A DNA stretch of 64,000 nt from a virus (taxonomy: Duplodnaviria > Caudoviricetes), in the IMG/VR virus record IMGVR_UViG_2639763012_000002, positions 29,914 to 93,913 of that record; one strand, 5' to 3'. Position 1 is the first letter of the stretch. Each line of letters starts with the position of its first letter. Of this stretch, positions 9,276 to 17,830 are shown piece by piece. The position numbers and the translations under genes are program-made. The notes below the pieces were generated by a model that was given only the letters and a program-made list of their open reading frames with translations, made no database searches and was not told the DNA's origin.

Positions 9276-9767
9276 TCAGCCAGTGACGACGACTCGCCAC
9301 GGCGAGCCCGAGACGCTGGCGGTGTCGATGGGTTCGTATCCGTTGGCCTCTGGGGCTGGGCCCCAGTTGGGGTTGTCGGCGAGCCATCCCGTGATGATGC
9401 GGCCTCCTGGGCCGGGTTGGGTGCTCGGCGTGAGGTTGGGCAGGCAGGCGCGGACAGTGCGCTGATCCGTGTGGTGCCAGGTCTCAACTGCGACCCTCTC
9501 GTGCCCGCTGGGCACGATGGGGAGCGGTGGTCCACCCGACCGGATGGAGATGGTGGCGTGGCAGCGGAGCGGGGCGCGGACTGCAACCAGGTCCCCGGTG
9601 TGCCCCTCGACATGGTGGATGGTGAGGCTGCCTGGAGCCCATGCCGGGGTGGCGCAGGCGTGCTGGTGGAGCGGAGCGCCGTCGAGCTGGAGCGGGGTGA
9701 TGCGTATCCAGTCCACGAAGTAGTAGGCCACCAGGTTGTCGTCGTGCTCGGGCTGGATGTCGATCAC
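9276..9767 (-). CDS. Hypothetical protein
   Basis: ORF with RBS in leftward operon. Confidence 0.6.
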   Translation of the reverse strand: MIDIQPEHDDNLVAYYFVDWIRITPLQLDGAPLHQHACATPAWAPGSLTIHHVEGHTGDLVAVRAPLRCHATISIRSGGPPLPIVPSGHERVAVETWHHTDQRTVRACLPNLTPSTQPGPGGRIITGWLADNPNWGPAPEANGYEPIDTASVSGSPWRVVVTG

Positions 9768-9977
9768 GTGTGCTCCTGCTGTCGCTGGGCGTATGCCTCG
9801 ATGTCCGCTGTGGTGATCGGGCGCTGCTGCCTGCGGTAGATCAGGTCTCTGATGTCGTCGATGTAACCGGGGTGTTCGCCGCCGAGGACGTACCCGTATG
9901 CGGTGAGCGCGGCCGTTCGGTTGGCGTAGATGCCGGGGAGCCAGCCGCTTGCTGCGGCGAGTTGGAAGCTGCCGTCC

Positions 9978-10562
9978 TCAAGCCGTAGCTCGGGGGGGCA
10001 CGGGAAGGAGGCGGTTGTACTCGTCTGTCGAGTACAGCTTGGCGCATCCGACGTGTTCGACCAACGGCGTGGGCTGCTCTTGCCGTCTGCGTTCCTCACG
10101 TTCCTGTACTTGTTCGGGGTCGCTGAACAGCTCGGGGGCGATGGCTCGTTCGAGGTGTTCGACAGTGCGCGCGTTGTCGAGTTGGGCGAGGTGTGGGGAG
10201 CCGGGTGGGCTGCCGAGGTGGATGCCGTGGGCGACTGCTGCCGTGTCGGCCGGGGTGCTGGTGGGGTCGTTCTTACCGCTGTGGCTGTCGGCGAGCCAGG
10301 CCCGGTCGAAGTCAGGCCGGGCCTGGTAGCGGCGCGCGAACACCCTGAGCACGTAGGTGTGGGCGATGGCGTCCAGCGTGGTGGGGTCGTATGCGAGGTG
10401 CGCCTCGGCGACGGCGGCGCACACGCGCTTGCCCTCGATGGCGTCGCGCTCGAAGTCGGTCGGGCCTGCCTGGGCCTCCTCATCCCATCGGGCCCGGAGG
10501 TAGGCGATCAGTCCAGGGTTGAGGTGGGCGGCCTGCGTGTCTGGCGCCGGATGCTGGCTCAC
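9978..10562 (-). CDS. DUF6221-like protein
   Basis: LIAYLRARWDEE...LRVFARRYQARPDFDRAW; GTGA overlap with upstream gene. Confidence 0.55.
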   Translation of the reverse strand: MSQHPAPDTQAAHLNPGLIAYLRARWDEEAQAGPTDFERDAIEGKRVCAAVAEAHLAYDPTTLDAIAHTYVLRVFARRYQARPDFDRAWLADSHSGKNDPTSTPADTAAVAHGIHLGSPPGSPHLAQLDNARTVEHLERAIAPELFSDPEQVQEREERRRQEQPTPLVEHVGCAKLYSTDEYNRLLPVPPRATA

Positions 10563-11017
10563 GGGGCCCACTCCTGCTGGTAGTCGGGGTGGCCGGACCA
10601 GACGGAGGCGAGGAGTCGGATCGTTTGGCACCAGCCCTCTGGGTTGCCGTTGTAGCCAGCGTGGGGACCGCATTCGAGGCATCCTCGCTTGCGGGCATCG
10701 GGCTCGTTGTTGAGCCAATCTTCCCAGTCGTGGCTTCCGATGCGTCCGTGGACGTTGGCGATAGCTCGCAGGGCTGTGGTCTGCTGTAGAGCGCGGGCCG
10801 GGTCGTGGCGGGCGAGGTGGTTGAGGACTCCGGGCTTGAAGGGGCGACCGTCCGGCAGGTGAGCCAGGACGTGGCCGTTGGCCGTGCGTAGGGCCGTGTT
10901 GCTGTCTGCTTCCCACTGGCCATCGAACGGGGCGCTCCGATCCTGTACAGCACGGGCAGTCGCCTCGTCCTCGTCCAGGCGAGCGCGCAGGAACTCGACG
11001 AGCATCACGGTGTCCAT
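10559..11017 (-). CDS. DUF6221 family protein
   Basis: LVEFLRARLDEDE...HDPARAL...TIRLLASVWSGHPDYQQEW. Confidence 0.8.
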   Translation of the reverse strand: MDTVMLVEFLRARLDEDEATARAVQDRSAPFDGQWEADSNTALRTANGHVLAHLPDGRPFKPGVLNHLARHDPARALQQTTALRAIANVHGRIGSHDWEDWLNNEPDARKRGCLECGPHAGYNGNPEGWCQTIRLLASVWSGHPDYQQEWAP

Positions 11018-11020
11018 GGG

Positions 11021-11347
11021 CTATCGCCTCGAGGGCTCTGGGGGCGTTTGCCCGTCCTGCACGATCGCGAAATACATCCTGGCGCAGGCTCCGGCTGGGC
11101 CGTCCCATAGGACGTCGGCGGACTCGATCATGTAGGGCTCCTCGGGGTTGACGGCCCCCTCAAGGAGACGTTGCACGAGCAGCACGGCGTTGCCTTCGTC
11201 CCATCGCATGGCGCGCATGATCATGTGGGCGATGGCCTCAGTTCGCGTGAGGCTGACGTCATCGAGCCCCCACCGGGCGCCCGGTGGGGCGTCTGCGGCG
11301 CGGGACACGACGTCATAGGTGGGAGCGGGCGTATCGGCAGAGGGCAT
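11021..11347 (-). CDS. Hypothetical protein
   Basis: Coding-like portion of ORF starting MPSADTP. Confidence 0.55.
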   Translation of the reverse strand: MPSADTPAPTYDVVSRAADAPPGARWGLDDVSLTRTEAIAHMIMRAMRWDEGNAVLLVQRLLEGAVNPEEPYMIESADVLWDGPAGACARMYFAIVQDGQTPPEPSRR

Positions 11348-11784
11348 GGCGGCATTGTCTCGTGTTGCTCTGCAACGCGGACGATTGCGCCCCGCGCCGG
11401 TTGGTGCCGGGCGGGGCGCTGGGTGGTGGCCGGTCAGTCGGCGTTGGGGGCGTTGCGCTTCTCGCGCTTCCTCGCGGCCTGGGACTGCTCGTTGCGGCGG
11501 CGCACCTCGTCCACGGTGATCGTCTTCTCCAGTGGCATGATGCGGGTTCCTCTCCTGCTCGGTTTGCGGGTGGGTGGGGGCCCGGGGCGGCCGGTGAGGT
11601 GTGGCAGCCGTGGTCGGCCGCCCCGGGGCGTTATCGCTTCGCGCTGCGCGCGAGGAACTGTCCTTCGGGACACATGTCGTGGGTCGTGCGCGCGCTCTTG
11701 CACTGGGCGCAGTCACGGTTGTGGGCTGCGGCCTCGGAGGGTCGGGGGTGTGTCGGTTTGGGGATCGGGGTGGGCTTGCGGCGC

Positions 11785-12315
11785 TTACCGAACATGTCGG
11801 CCTCGTCGGGGTGTGGCGGCGGTGACCGCGGCGGCGGCGAGCACGATGCGGTGCAGGGCCTGGTCGACGGTGGCGCCGGCGGACGGGTCGCGTTGGAGCC
11901 AGGCCCCCTTGCCAGCCTTGTGGAACAGGCGGACGAGGCCGCGGGCCGTCTCGGGCGGGTCCTGCCATTGTCCGGCGTGACGGTCGATCCAGTAGTGCGT
12001 GGCGCCGCTGATGGTGAGTGCGAGAGCGGCGCGGCGTGGGGTGAGGCCGAGGCGCAGGGCGCGGTTGGTGGCGTAGAGCGCAGCTCCCTGGGTGGCGACG
12101 TAGCTGAGGACGTGGGCGGTGCACGCGGCGCGGCCCTCGCGGGCGCCGCAGACGATGGTGCGTCCGGTAGCTGGGTCCGCGTAGGTGACGGGCCGTCGCT
12201 TTCGGCCGCCCTTGGGGTCTGCCCAGCGGTCAAGCTGGACGATGTAGTCGCCGGCGTCGTGGCTGGCGCTGAGCGCGAGCCAGACGGCGCCAGCTCGGGC
12301 TGCTGGGGATGTCAC
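11785..12315 (-). CDS. Hypothetical protein
   Basis: GTG after GGAGG; coding-like composition. Confidence 0.55.
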   Translation of the reverse strand: MTSPAARAGAVWLALSASHDAGDYIVQLDRWADPKGGRKRRPVTYADPATGRTIVCGAREGRAACTAHVLSYVATQGAALYATNRALRLGLTPRRAALALTISGATHYWIDRHAGQWQDPPETARGLVRLFHKAGKGAWLQRDPSAGATVDQALHRIVLAAAAVTAATPRRGRHVR

Positions 12316-12361
12316 AGGGGCCTCCAGGTAGGTGGGTGTTATGCGTTTCAGGGTCAGGGAG

Positions 12362-12949
12362 TTAGTGGGTCTGGTCTGCACAGTCAGTGGCGGCCAGGGG
12401 GTGATGTGCGGCACTCGGCTGGTACTGGTTGATGGCCTTGATGGCGGTGGTGATCGTGTCGGGCAGGGTGTGCCGGACCGGTACGCCGTGGAGGCCAGCG
12501 AGGTGGATCAGGTACCTGTTGCGTTCGGGGTTGGGGCAGTCCGGGGGGCAGCCGAGGACGACGCGGCGGCCGGAAGCGATGTCGTAGCCGTACTCGACGT
12601 TGGTAGTCATGCCGGGCAGGGTGCGCAGGTCGCGGGGTATCCAGAACACGATCACGTCGGCGTCGGCGCGGGCGGCGTGTTCCCACTCAACCTGATCGTC
12701 GTAGTGGGCTGCCCTGATACCGCCGCGTGACTCGGGGGTCAGCACGGTCAACTCGGGGCCGTCGTCCGGCCACTGGGCGGAGAGCTCGCGGATGGCTTCG
12801 GGACGCCAGGAGTCGACGGGGTCGCCGGCGCGGGGGGTGGGGCCGGCGATGAACACGGTTGGGCTGGCCCCGGGGGCGGGGAGGGGTTCGCGGGCCCAGA
12901 TGATGCGCAGGTTCGGTGTGACGGGCCAGGGGTCGGGCAGAGGGCTCAC
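12362..12949 (-). CDS. Nucleoside 2-deoxyribosyltransferase-like protein
   Basis: VFIAGPTP...SWR...QVEWE...ADVIVFWIPR...TTNVEYG. Confidence 0.85.
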   Translation of the reverse strand: MSPLPDPWPVTPNLRIIWAREPLPAPGASPTVFIAGPTPRAGDPVDSWRPEAIRELSAQWPDDGPELTVLTPESRGGIRAAHYDDQVEWEHAARADADVIVFWIPRDLRTLPGMTTNVEYGYDIASGRRVVLGCPPDCPNPERNRYLIHLAGLHGVPVRHTLPDTITTAIKAINQYQPSAAHHPLAATDCADQTH

Positions 12950-13326
12950 AGGGTCTCCTGGGTGTGTCGGATGCCTCGGCGGTTGGGCCACGGCAGAGTG
13001 ATGTCGTCATGGGCGGCGCGCGGGATCAGGTGCCAGTGAAGATGCATCACCGTCTGCGTGGCGTCCTCGCCGGCGCTGGTGATCAAGTTGCTTTGCACAC
13101 CGAGCGCCCTGCCGAGTTGCGCGGCGCGACGGGCGCTCGCGCCGGTGACATCGGGGTCGTCGGCGTAGTCGACGACGTGGCGGCGTGGGATGACGAGGAC
13201 GTGTCCGGGGTGGACGCCGCCTCTGGGGAGGATGGCTATGGTGTCGGGCCATTCGCGGACGACTGCGGCGGGTGCGCGGCCGGCGATGATCTCGCAGAAC
13301 GGGCAGGGTGCGGCGTTGTCAGGCAT
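12946..13326 (-). CDS. HIT family nucleotide hydrolase
   Basis: CPFC; GHVLVIPRRH; QTVMHLHWHLIPR histidine triad. Confidence 0.92.
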   Translation of the reverse strand: MPDNAAPCPFCEIIAGRAPAAVVREWPDTIAILPRGGVHPGHVLVIPRRHVVDYADDPDVTGASARRAAQLGRALGVQSNLITSAGEDATQTVMHLHWHLIPRAAHDDITLPWPNRRGIRHTQETL

Positions 13327-13495
13327 GGCGTCCTCGGCTGGCGCGGACGGTGACGCCGTCATCGGCTTCGGCGGCCAACTCAACGGCGTCCATGGCTTGG
13401 TCGACGCTGTCGGAGCCGATGACCTCGGCACGGCGGGTCTGGGTCCCGGCGGGGGTGTCGAGATCGACCTCGACGATATGCCGGTTGTTGGGCAT
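13319..13495 (-). CDS. Small hypothetical protein (58 aa, MPNNRHIVEVDLD...)
   Basis: GAGGAG RBS; fills the gap before the HIT gene; below the ORF-track size cutoff. Confidence 0.55.
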   Translation of the reverse strand: MPNNRHIVEVDLDTPAGTQTRRAEVIGSDSVDQAMDAVELAAEADDGVTVRASRGRHA

Positions 13496-13546
13496 GGTGG
13501 CTCCTCGCGGTGTTGGTGTGGGGGTGCCGGCTCTCGGGTTGGTCCG

Positions 13547-13583
13547 GCTCTCCTCACCGCCCTGGTGGGGCGGTGAGGAGAGC
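13547..13583. terminator. 16-bp stem hairpin
   Basis: GCTCTCCTCACCGCCC-TGGTG-GGGCGGTGAGGAGAGC. Confidence 0.6.
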
Positions 13584-13615
13584 TGTCCGGGCCTGGGTTG
13601 CTCGGCGCGTGGGGC

Positions 13616-13704
13616 GGTAGATGGGGTGGGAGATGGCCGGTAGATAGGGGGTAGATGGGCCGGTAGATGGGGGCGGTAGATGGGGTCTGAGCTGGTGATC
13701 TACC
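13616..13704. repeat. Six 8-mer GGTAGATG direct repeats plus one inverted copy
   Basis: Copies start at 13616, 13628, 13639, 13650, 13662 and 13675 (period 11-13 bp; two carry one mismatch); inverted ATCTACC at 13698-13704; intergenic. Confidence 0.85.
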
Positions 13705-13719
13705 TCTGCCTGGGGCGGG

Positions 13720-14757
13720 TCACGCGGCGGTCTCGGGTGAGTGGTTGGGGACGGCGGTGAGGTGGCGCTGGGGTGGGGTGGGTTCGGTGGTTGTGGCGGG
13801 GGTCGGGTGTGGGGTGTTGGTGGGGTCCTCGGGGTGGGGTTGGTCGGGGGTTGGCTGGGGGGTGTGGGTGGGGGGTTGGTCGAGGAGGGTGAGGGCGTCT
13901 CGGAGGGGGGCTCCGAGGGCGTGGGTGAGGGCGTCGACGCGCACGCCCCATGTGGGGCCGGCGCCGCGGATTTTGACGTTGCGGTCGGTGGGGAATCCGC
14001 ATGCCTCTAGGACCTCGCGGAGTGAGGTCACGTCGGGGAAGTTATGGATGCCTTCGCCCTCGTCGCTGAGCGTCTTGACGAGCTGGTTGATGTGGACGCC
14101 CTTGAGTCCGGCGCCTTCGGCGTCGGCGACGGCGGCGATGACGTGACGGGATATGCGGTGGGTGAGGTTTGTGGGGTTGGGCTGCTCCCCTGTGTCCGCC
14201 TCATTTTCATGATCATCGTGGGTGGCGTGGCCGGTGGCTGCCGGGCTCTCCTCGCCCGGGGCCGGGTGGTCGTCCCGTGCTGGCGCGACGAATTGGGCGG
14301 TGATGAACCACGCCAGGGCCAGGCCGATGAGGATCAGCGGCATGTGAGGCGCGATGTGGGGCCAGGCGATGGAGATGGCTGTGGCCGCGGTGCCTCCCGC
14401 GACGGCGAGTGCGATAGCGGCTGTCAGGCATCCGAGGCCGATGGTCTCCAGGCGGTCACCGGCCGAGGGCGCCGACCTCTTCTTCGTGCTCTTCTTACCC
14501 TTGGGGGTCTTGCCTTTGGTGAGGTTGGGCGTGCTCTCGGATGCCTGGCTGTCGCCCTCGGAGGCATCCCCTGTGGCGTCGCTGTCGGTCGTGTAGCTGG
14601 TGCCGGTGGCTGCTCTCCAGCCGTACCTGATGGCGTAGATGGCGCCCCTGGTGAGGGCAGTGAGGATGATGCGGGAGCCAGCGGCGAGGTCCCGGCCGGC
14701 CTCGCCGATGCCCTGGAACGGGATGGCGAGGGCGTTGCGGATGCTGCGGAGGGCCAC
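13720..14757 (-). CDS. Membrane protein with C-terminal winged-helix-like domain
   Basis: Two TM helices; GLKGVHINQLV...WGVR motif. Confidence 0.65.
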   Translation of the reverse strand: MALRSIRNALAIPFQGIGEAGRDLAAGSRIILTALTRGAIYAIRYGWRAATGTSYTTDSDATGDASEGDSQASESTPNLTKGKTPKGKKSTKKRSAPSAGDRLETIGLGCLTAAIALAVAGGTAATAISIAWPHIAPHMPLILIGLALAWFITAQFVAPARDDHPAPGEESPAATGHATHDDHENEADTGEQPNPTNLTHRISRHVIAAVADAEGAGLKGVHINQLVKTLSDEGEGIHNFPDVTSLREVLEACGFPTDRNVKIRGAGPTWGVRVDALTHALGAPLRDALTLLDQPPTHTPQPTPDQPHPEDPTNTPHPTPATTTEPTPPQRHLTAVPNHSPETAA

Positions 14758-14758
14758 G

Positions 14759-15241
14759 TCACTCGGCTCCGGCGAGGCGGAGGATGGTGGAGCGAATGAG
14801 GTCGGTGAGGATCGTTCCGTAGCCTCCGGAGCGGGTGGCGGCGACAGCTGTGGCGATCCCAAGGAACGCGGGGATGATCATCCGCTTCCACTTGGGGCCG
14901 AATGTCAGGAGTGCGAGGACGATCGATACGGCGGCCGGGCCCGGGTCGCCGAATCGGCCGCTCGCGTCCCCTTCGAGGGCTCCGGAAGGGATGGAGTGGA
15001 TGCCGTTGGCGATGTCGGCCCAGGCGCCGCCGGCGGCGAGGGCGACGATGCCGAAAATGATCGAGGTGACACCGACGGACTGCTTGGTGTTGATCCGGAT
15101 GGTGTCAGATCCGCGGAGCCCGAGGAGCAGCAGCGTGCCGATGATGAGGGCGACGCCGGAGGCTGTGATGGTGCCGAGGACCTGGGCGCCCGGGGCGGCC
15201 TCGGCGGCGAACTCCGCTGCGTGGGTGAGGTGACTGTTCAT
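14759..15241 (-). CDS. Multi-pass membrane protein (plasmid transfer/spread-like)
   Basis: About four hydrophobic helices. Confidence 0.7.
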   Translation of the reverse strand: MNSHLTHAAEFAAEAAPGAQVLGTITASGVALIIGTLLLLGLRGSDTIRINTKQSVGVTSIIFGIVALAAGGAWADIANGIHSIPSGALEGDASGRFGDPGPAAVSIVLALLTFGPKWKRMIIPAFLGIATAVAATRSGGYGTILTDLIRSTILRLAGAE

Positions 15242-15253
15242 GGTCTTTCCAGG

Positions 15254-16249
15254 TCAGGCGATGCCGGGCCCGTAGAGGGCGCAGGCGAGGACGGATGAGA
15301 CGAAGGGGATACGGGCCAGCCAGCGGGTGAGGGGGCCTTGGTGGCGGAGGCGCCACACGAGCCCTCCGGTGGGGCCGCAGATACCGGCGGCGACAACGAG
15401 GAGCGCGGTCTGCTGGTAGGTGAGGCCGGCGTACTGGGCGGCGTAGGGGGCGATGGCGGTGACGGCCAGCTCGCCGGATTGGCGGCCGACCTCGGCGGCG
15501 ATGAGGATGGCGGCGATCTGCCCGAGGATGTGCAGGTACCGGGAGATGATGGGCGTGGTCACCAGCCACCACGTGCCGTAGCCGCAGGCGATGGCGCCTG
15601 CGGCGCCGAAAACTCCGCCGGCGGCCCATTCCGCTGCCGGGGGCAGGAGGCTGAGGTAGCTGGTGAGGCCGATATACGAGCCAGCCGCAGCGGCTGACCC
15701 GTTGTAGGCCAGCCACCTCCAGAACGGCTGCTGGAGGCGCTTGGGTACCAGCGCGGCGAGTGCGCCGCGTTCCCCGTCTTGAGCCGGGGCGGAGCGGGGT
15801 GCGGGTGGGTTGTCGGGCTCGTCTTCCGGGGGGGTCTCGCGTGGGCTGCGTGGGGGCCGGAGGCGTGCCGGCTCGTCGTCGCCTCCCTCGTCCTCAGGGT
15901 CGTCTTCCAGGCCGTCGTCCTTGGCGCCGTCGCCGCCCGACTTCGGCTGGGTGGGGCGATGCTCCTTGCCGAGGTCGATGGTTTGGCCGGGGGGCGGGAG
16001 GCTGCCGGCCGTGGTGACGCGCATGGGGCGGACACGGGGCTCGGGCGAGATCTCAGGGACCTCAGGGGGCGGGAGGGTGTTGTCCGGGACCAGTGCGCGG
16101 CTCTGCCCAGAGCTGCGCTTGATGCCGTCCTCGGCCCGGTCGGCGTAGTCCTTGGTGTCGTTGTCCTCGGATCCCGGGGCGGCGGCGGATGTCCCATCGA
16201 GGACGGCGTCGATGTTGGCGAGCACATCGTCGACGGAGTTGGTGCTCAC
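15254..16249 (-). CDS. Membrane protein with disordered N-terminus
   Basis: GTG after GGAGG; acidic/Pro-rich N-half and hydrophobic C-half. Confidence 0.65.
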   Translation of the reverse strand: MSTNSVDDVLANIDAVLDGTSAAAPGSEDNDTKDYADRAEDGIKRSSGQSRALVPDNTLPPPEVPEISPEPRVRPMRVTTAGSLPPPGQTIDLGKEHRPTQPKSGGDGAKDDGLEDDPEDEGGDDEPARLRPPRSPRETPPEDEPDNPPAPRSAPAQDGERGALAALVPKRLQQPFWRWLAYNGSAAAAGSYIGLTSYLSLLPPAAEWAAGGVFGAAGAIACGYGTWWLVTTPIISRYLHILGQIAAILIAAEVGRQSGELAVTAIAPYAAQYAGLTYQQTALLVVAAGICGPTGGLVWRLRHQGPLTRWLARIPFVSSVLACALYGPGIA

Positions 16250-16693
16250 CGTGGGCCTCCAAAAGGGTGTGCGTCGGCTGCTATGAGTCGGTCGCGTATG
16301 GCGAGTTCGGGGTCGATCATCGGTTTCGTGCTCGGGGCGAGGGCTTGTTCGGGTGCCTGCTGTTTGAACTCTGCGGGGATGGGCGGGAGTTCGGTTTCGG
16401 GCGTGAGGTGTACAGGGCTGGGCTGTTGGGGCCCGGGGAGGAGGAGCCGCACGGTGGGGCTCCCCTCCCCCGGGGTGGTGGCCGGCCGGTAGCGGGCACG
16501 CCACCAGGTAGACGCCCAGGTCAGGGGGCTCATGGTCACCATCTCCCTCGGCGCCTCTGCCGGCCGCGGAGGGGTTCGCCGAACCGTTCGGCGGCGCGCT
16601 GTTGGTCCTCGTCGGCGGCGGCTCGCCGCTTGGAGAGCCGGGTGGTTCGGTCGGGACGGCCCATAGAGGAGCGTGGGGTTCGGCGGGGCCACA

Positions 16694-17371
16694 TCAGCTG
16701 GCCTTGGGGAGGAGACGGCGCAGGATGCGCCTGGTGGAGTCCTCGTTGGTGTCCGGGCCGTGGACGGTGCGGGCGTAGGCCACGACGTCATCCGGGTGCG
16801 TCTTGCCCATGCTGATCGCTGTCCGGACGGTGTCGGACAGGCGGCCGGACACGGTCTCGATCGGCCGGACTACGCGCTCCTTTTTGGCGGGGCGTTGCGT
16901 GGCGATGTACCGAGTGATGTTCGGGGCGAGGTCGAACCATTCGGTGTTGCCGTTGCGGTGTTGCGCGAAATGGCGGTGCAACGCCCGTTCCAGTTCGGGG
17001 CCGCCGTGCAACGCCAATAGGACGGCGTCGGAACGCAGAGCGAGGGAGCCGAGGCGGTTCTTGAGGTTGGTGGTGTAGCCGATCTTGACTCGTCCGCCGT
17101 TGGCGATGAAGTACACGACGCTGTCGTGGACGCCGTGCAACAGGTCCTCGACCGTTGCGGTGCGGGTTGTTGCAACGAGGTCGTTGCGCACGGGGGGCGT
17201 CGCGGTGTTGCGCAACGCTGTTGCGAGTTGGTCGCGCAACACCTCGGGGATGAGAGTGAGGGCGATCTCGATGCGATGGGCGTTGCACAGCGGGACGGGG
17301 CGGAGTGCGACGGCGTTGCGGTGGCAGGGCCGGCCGTCGTCCTCGGCGTTGCAGGTGGGTTCGGTGTTCAT
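16694..17371 (-). CDS. GIY-YIG (T5orf172/MUG113-like) nuclease domain protein
   Basis: VVYFIANGGRVKIGYTTNLKNRL...LERALHRHF...TEWF. Confidence 0.85.
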   Translation of the reverse strand: MNTEPTCNAEDDGRPCHRNAVALRPVPLCNAHRIEIALTLIPEVLRDQLATALRNTATPPVRNDLVATTRTATVEDLLHGVHDSVVYFIANGGRVKIGYTTNLKNRLGSLALRSDAVLLALHGGPELERALHRHFAQHRNGNTEWFDLAPNITRYIATQRPAKKERVVRPIETVSGRLSDTVRTAISMGKTHPDDVVAYARTVHGPDTNEDSTRRILRRLLPKAS

Positions 17372-17830
17372 GGCGGGGGCCTTAGTCGAGTTCGGCTACG
17401 TCGGCGGGGTGGAAGAGGTTGTGGCCGTTGTCGTCGCGGCTGCGGGGGGTGAGGCGGCCTCGGTTGACCCAGGAGCGGACGGTGCCGGGAGAGACGCCTT
17501 TGAGCTTGGCGACCTGGGCGCCGGTGAGGAGGGGCTGGTCGTTGTCTGCTGCGACGTTGCGGGCGGCTTCCTCGACGACCTGTTCCAGATGCGACGTGTC
17601 GGCCGTTGCGGTGTTGCGGCTGCTGGGTGTTGCGGGCTCAGGCGCTGCAACGTCTTGGGGGGTGGTGTTGGGTGTTGCGACCGTTGCTGCCACGGGAGTT
17701 GCGGTGTTGCGGGGTGCACCGGGTGTTGCGATGCCTGGTGTTGCGGGCGGCGTTGCGGTGTTGCGGGTGCCGTTGCGGCGTTGCAGTGTCGCGGTGTTGC
17801 GGGCTGGCGTTGCGGGTCGGCGTTGCGATG
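16890..17830. repeat. Dispersed GTTGC(G)/(C)GCAAC motif array
   Basis: Roughly 30 copies by eye, in both orientations, spanning two genes. Confidence 0.75.

Noticed and set aside
13616-13704. CRISPR array
   Set aside because: Repeat unit is only 8 bp with 3-5 bp gaps.
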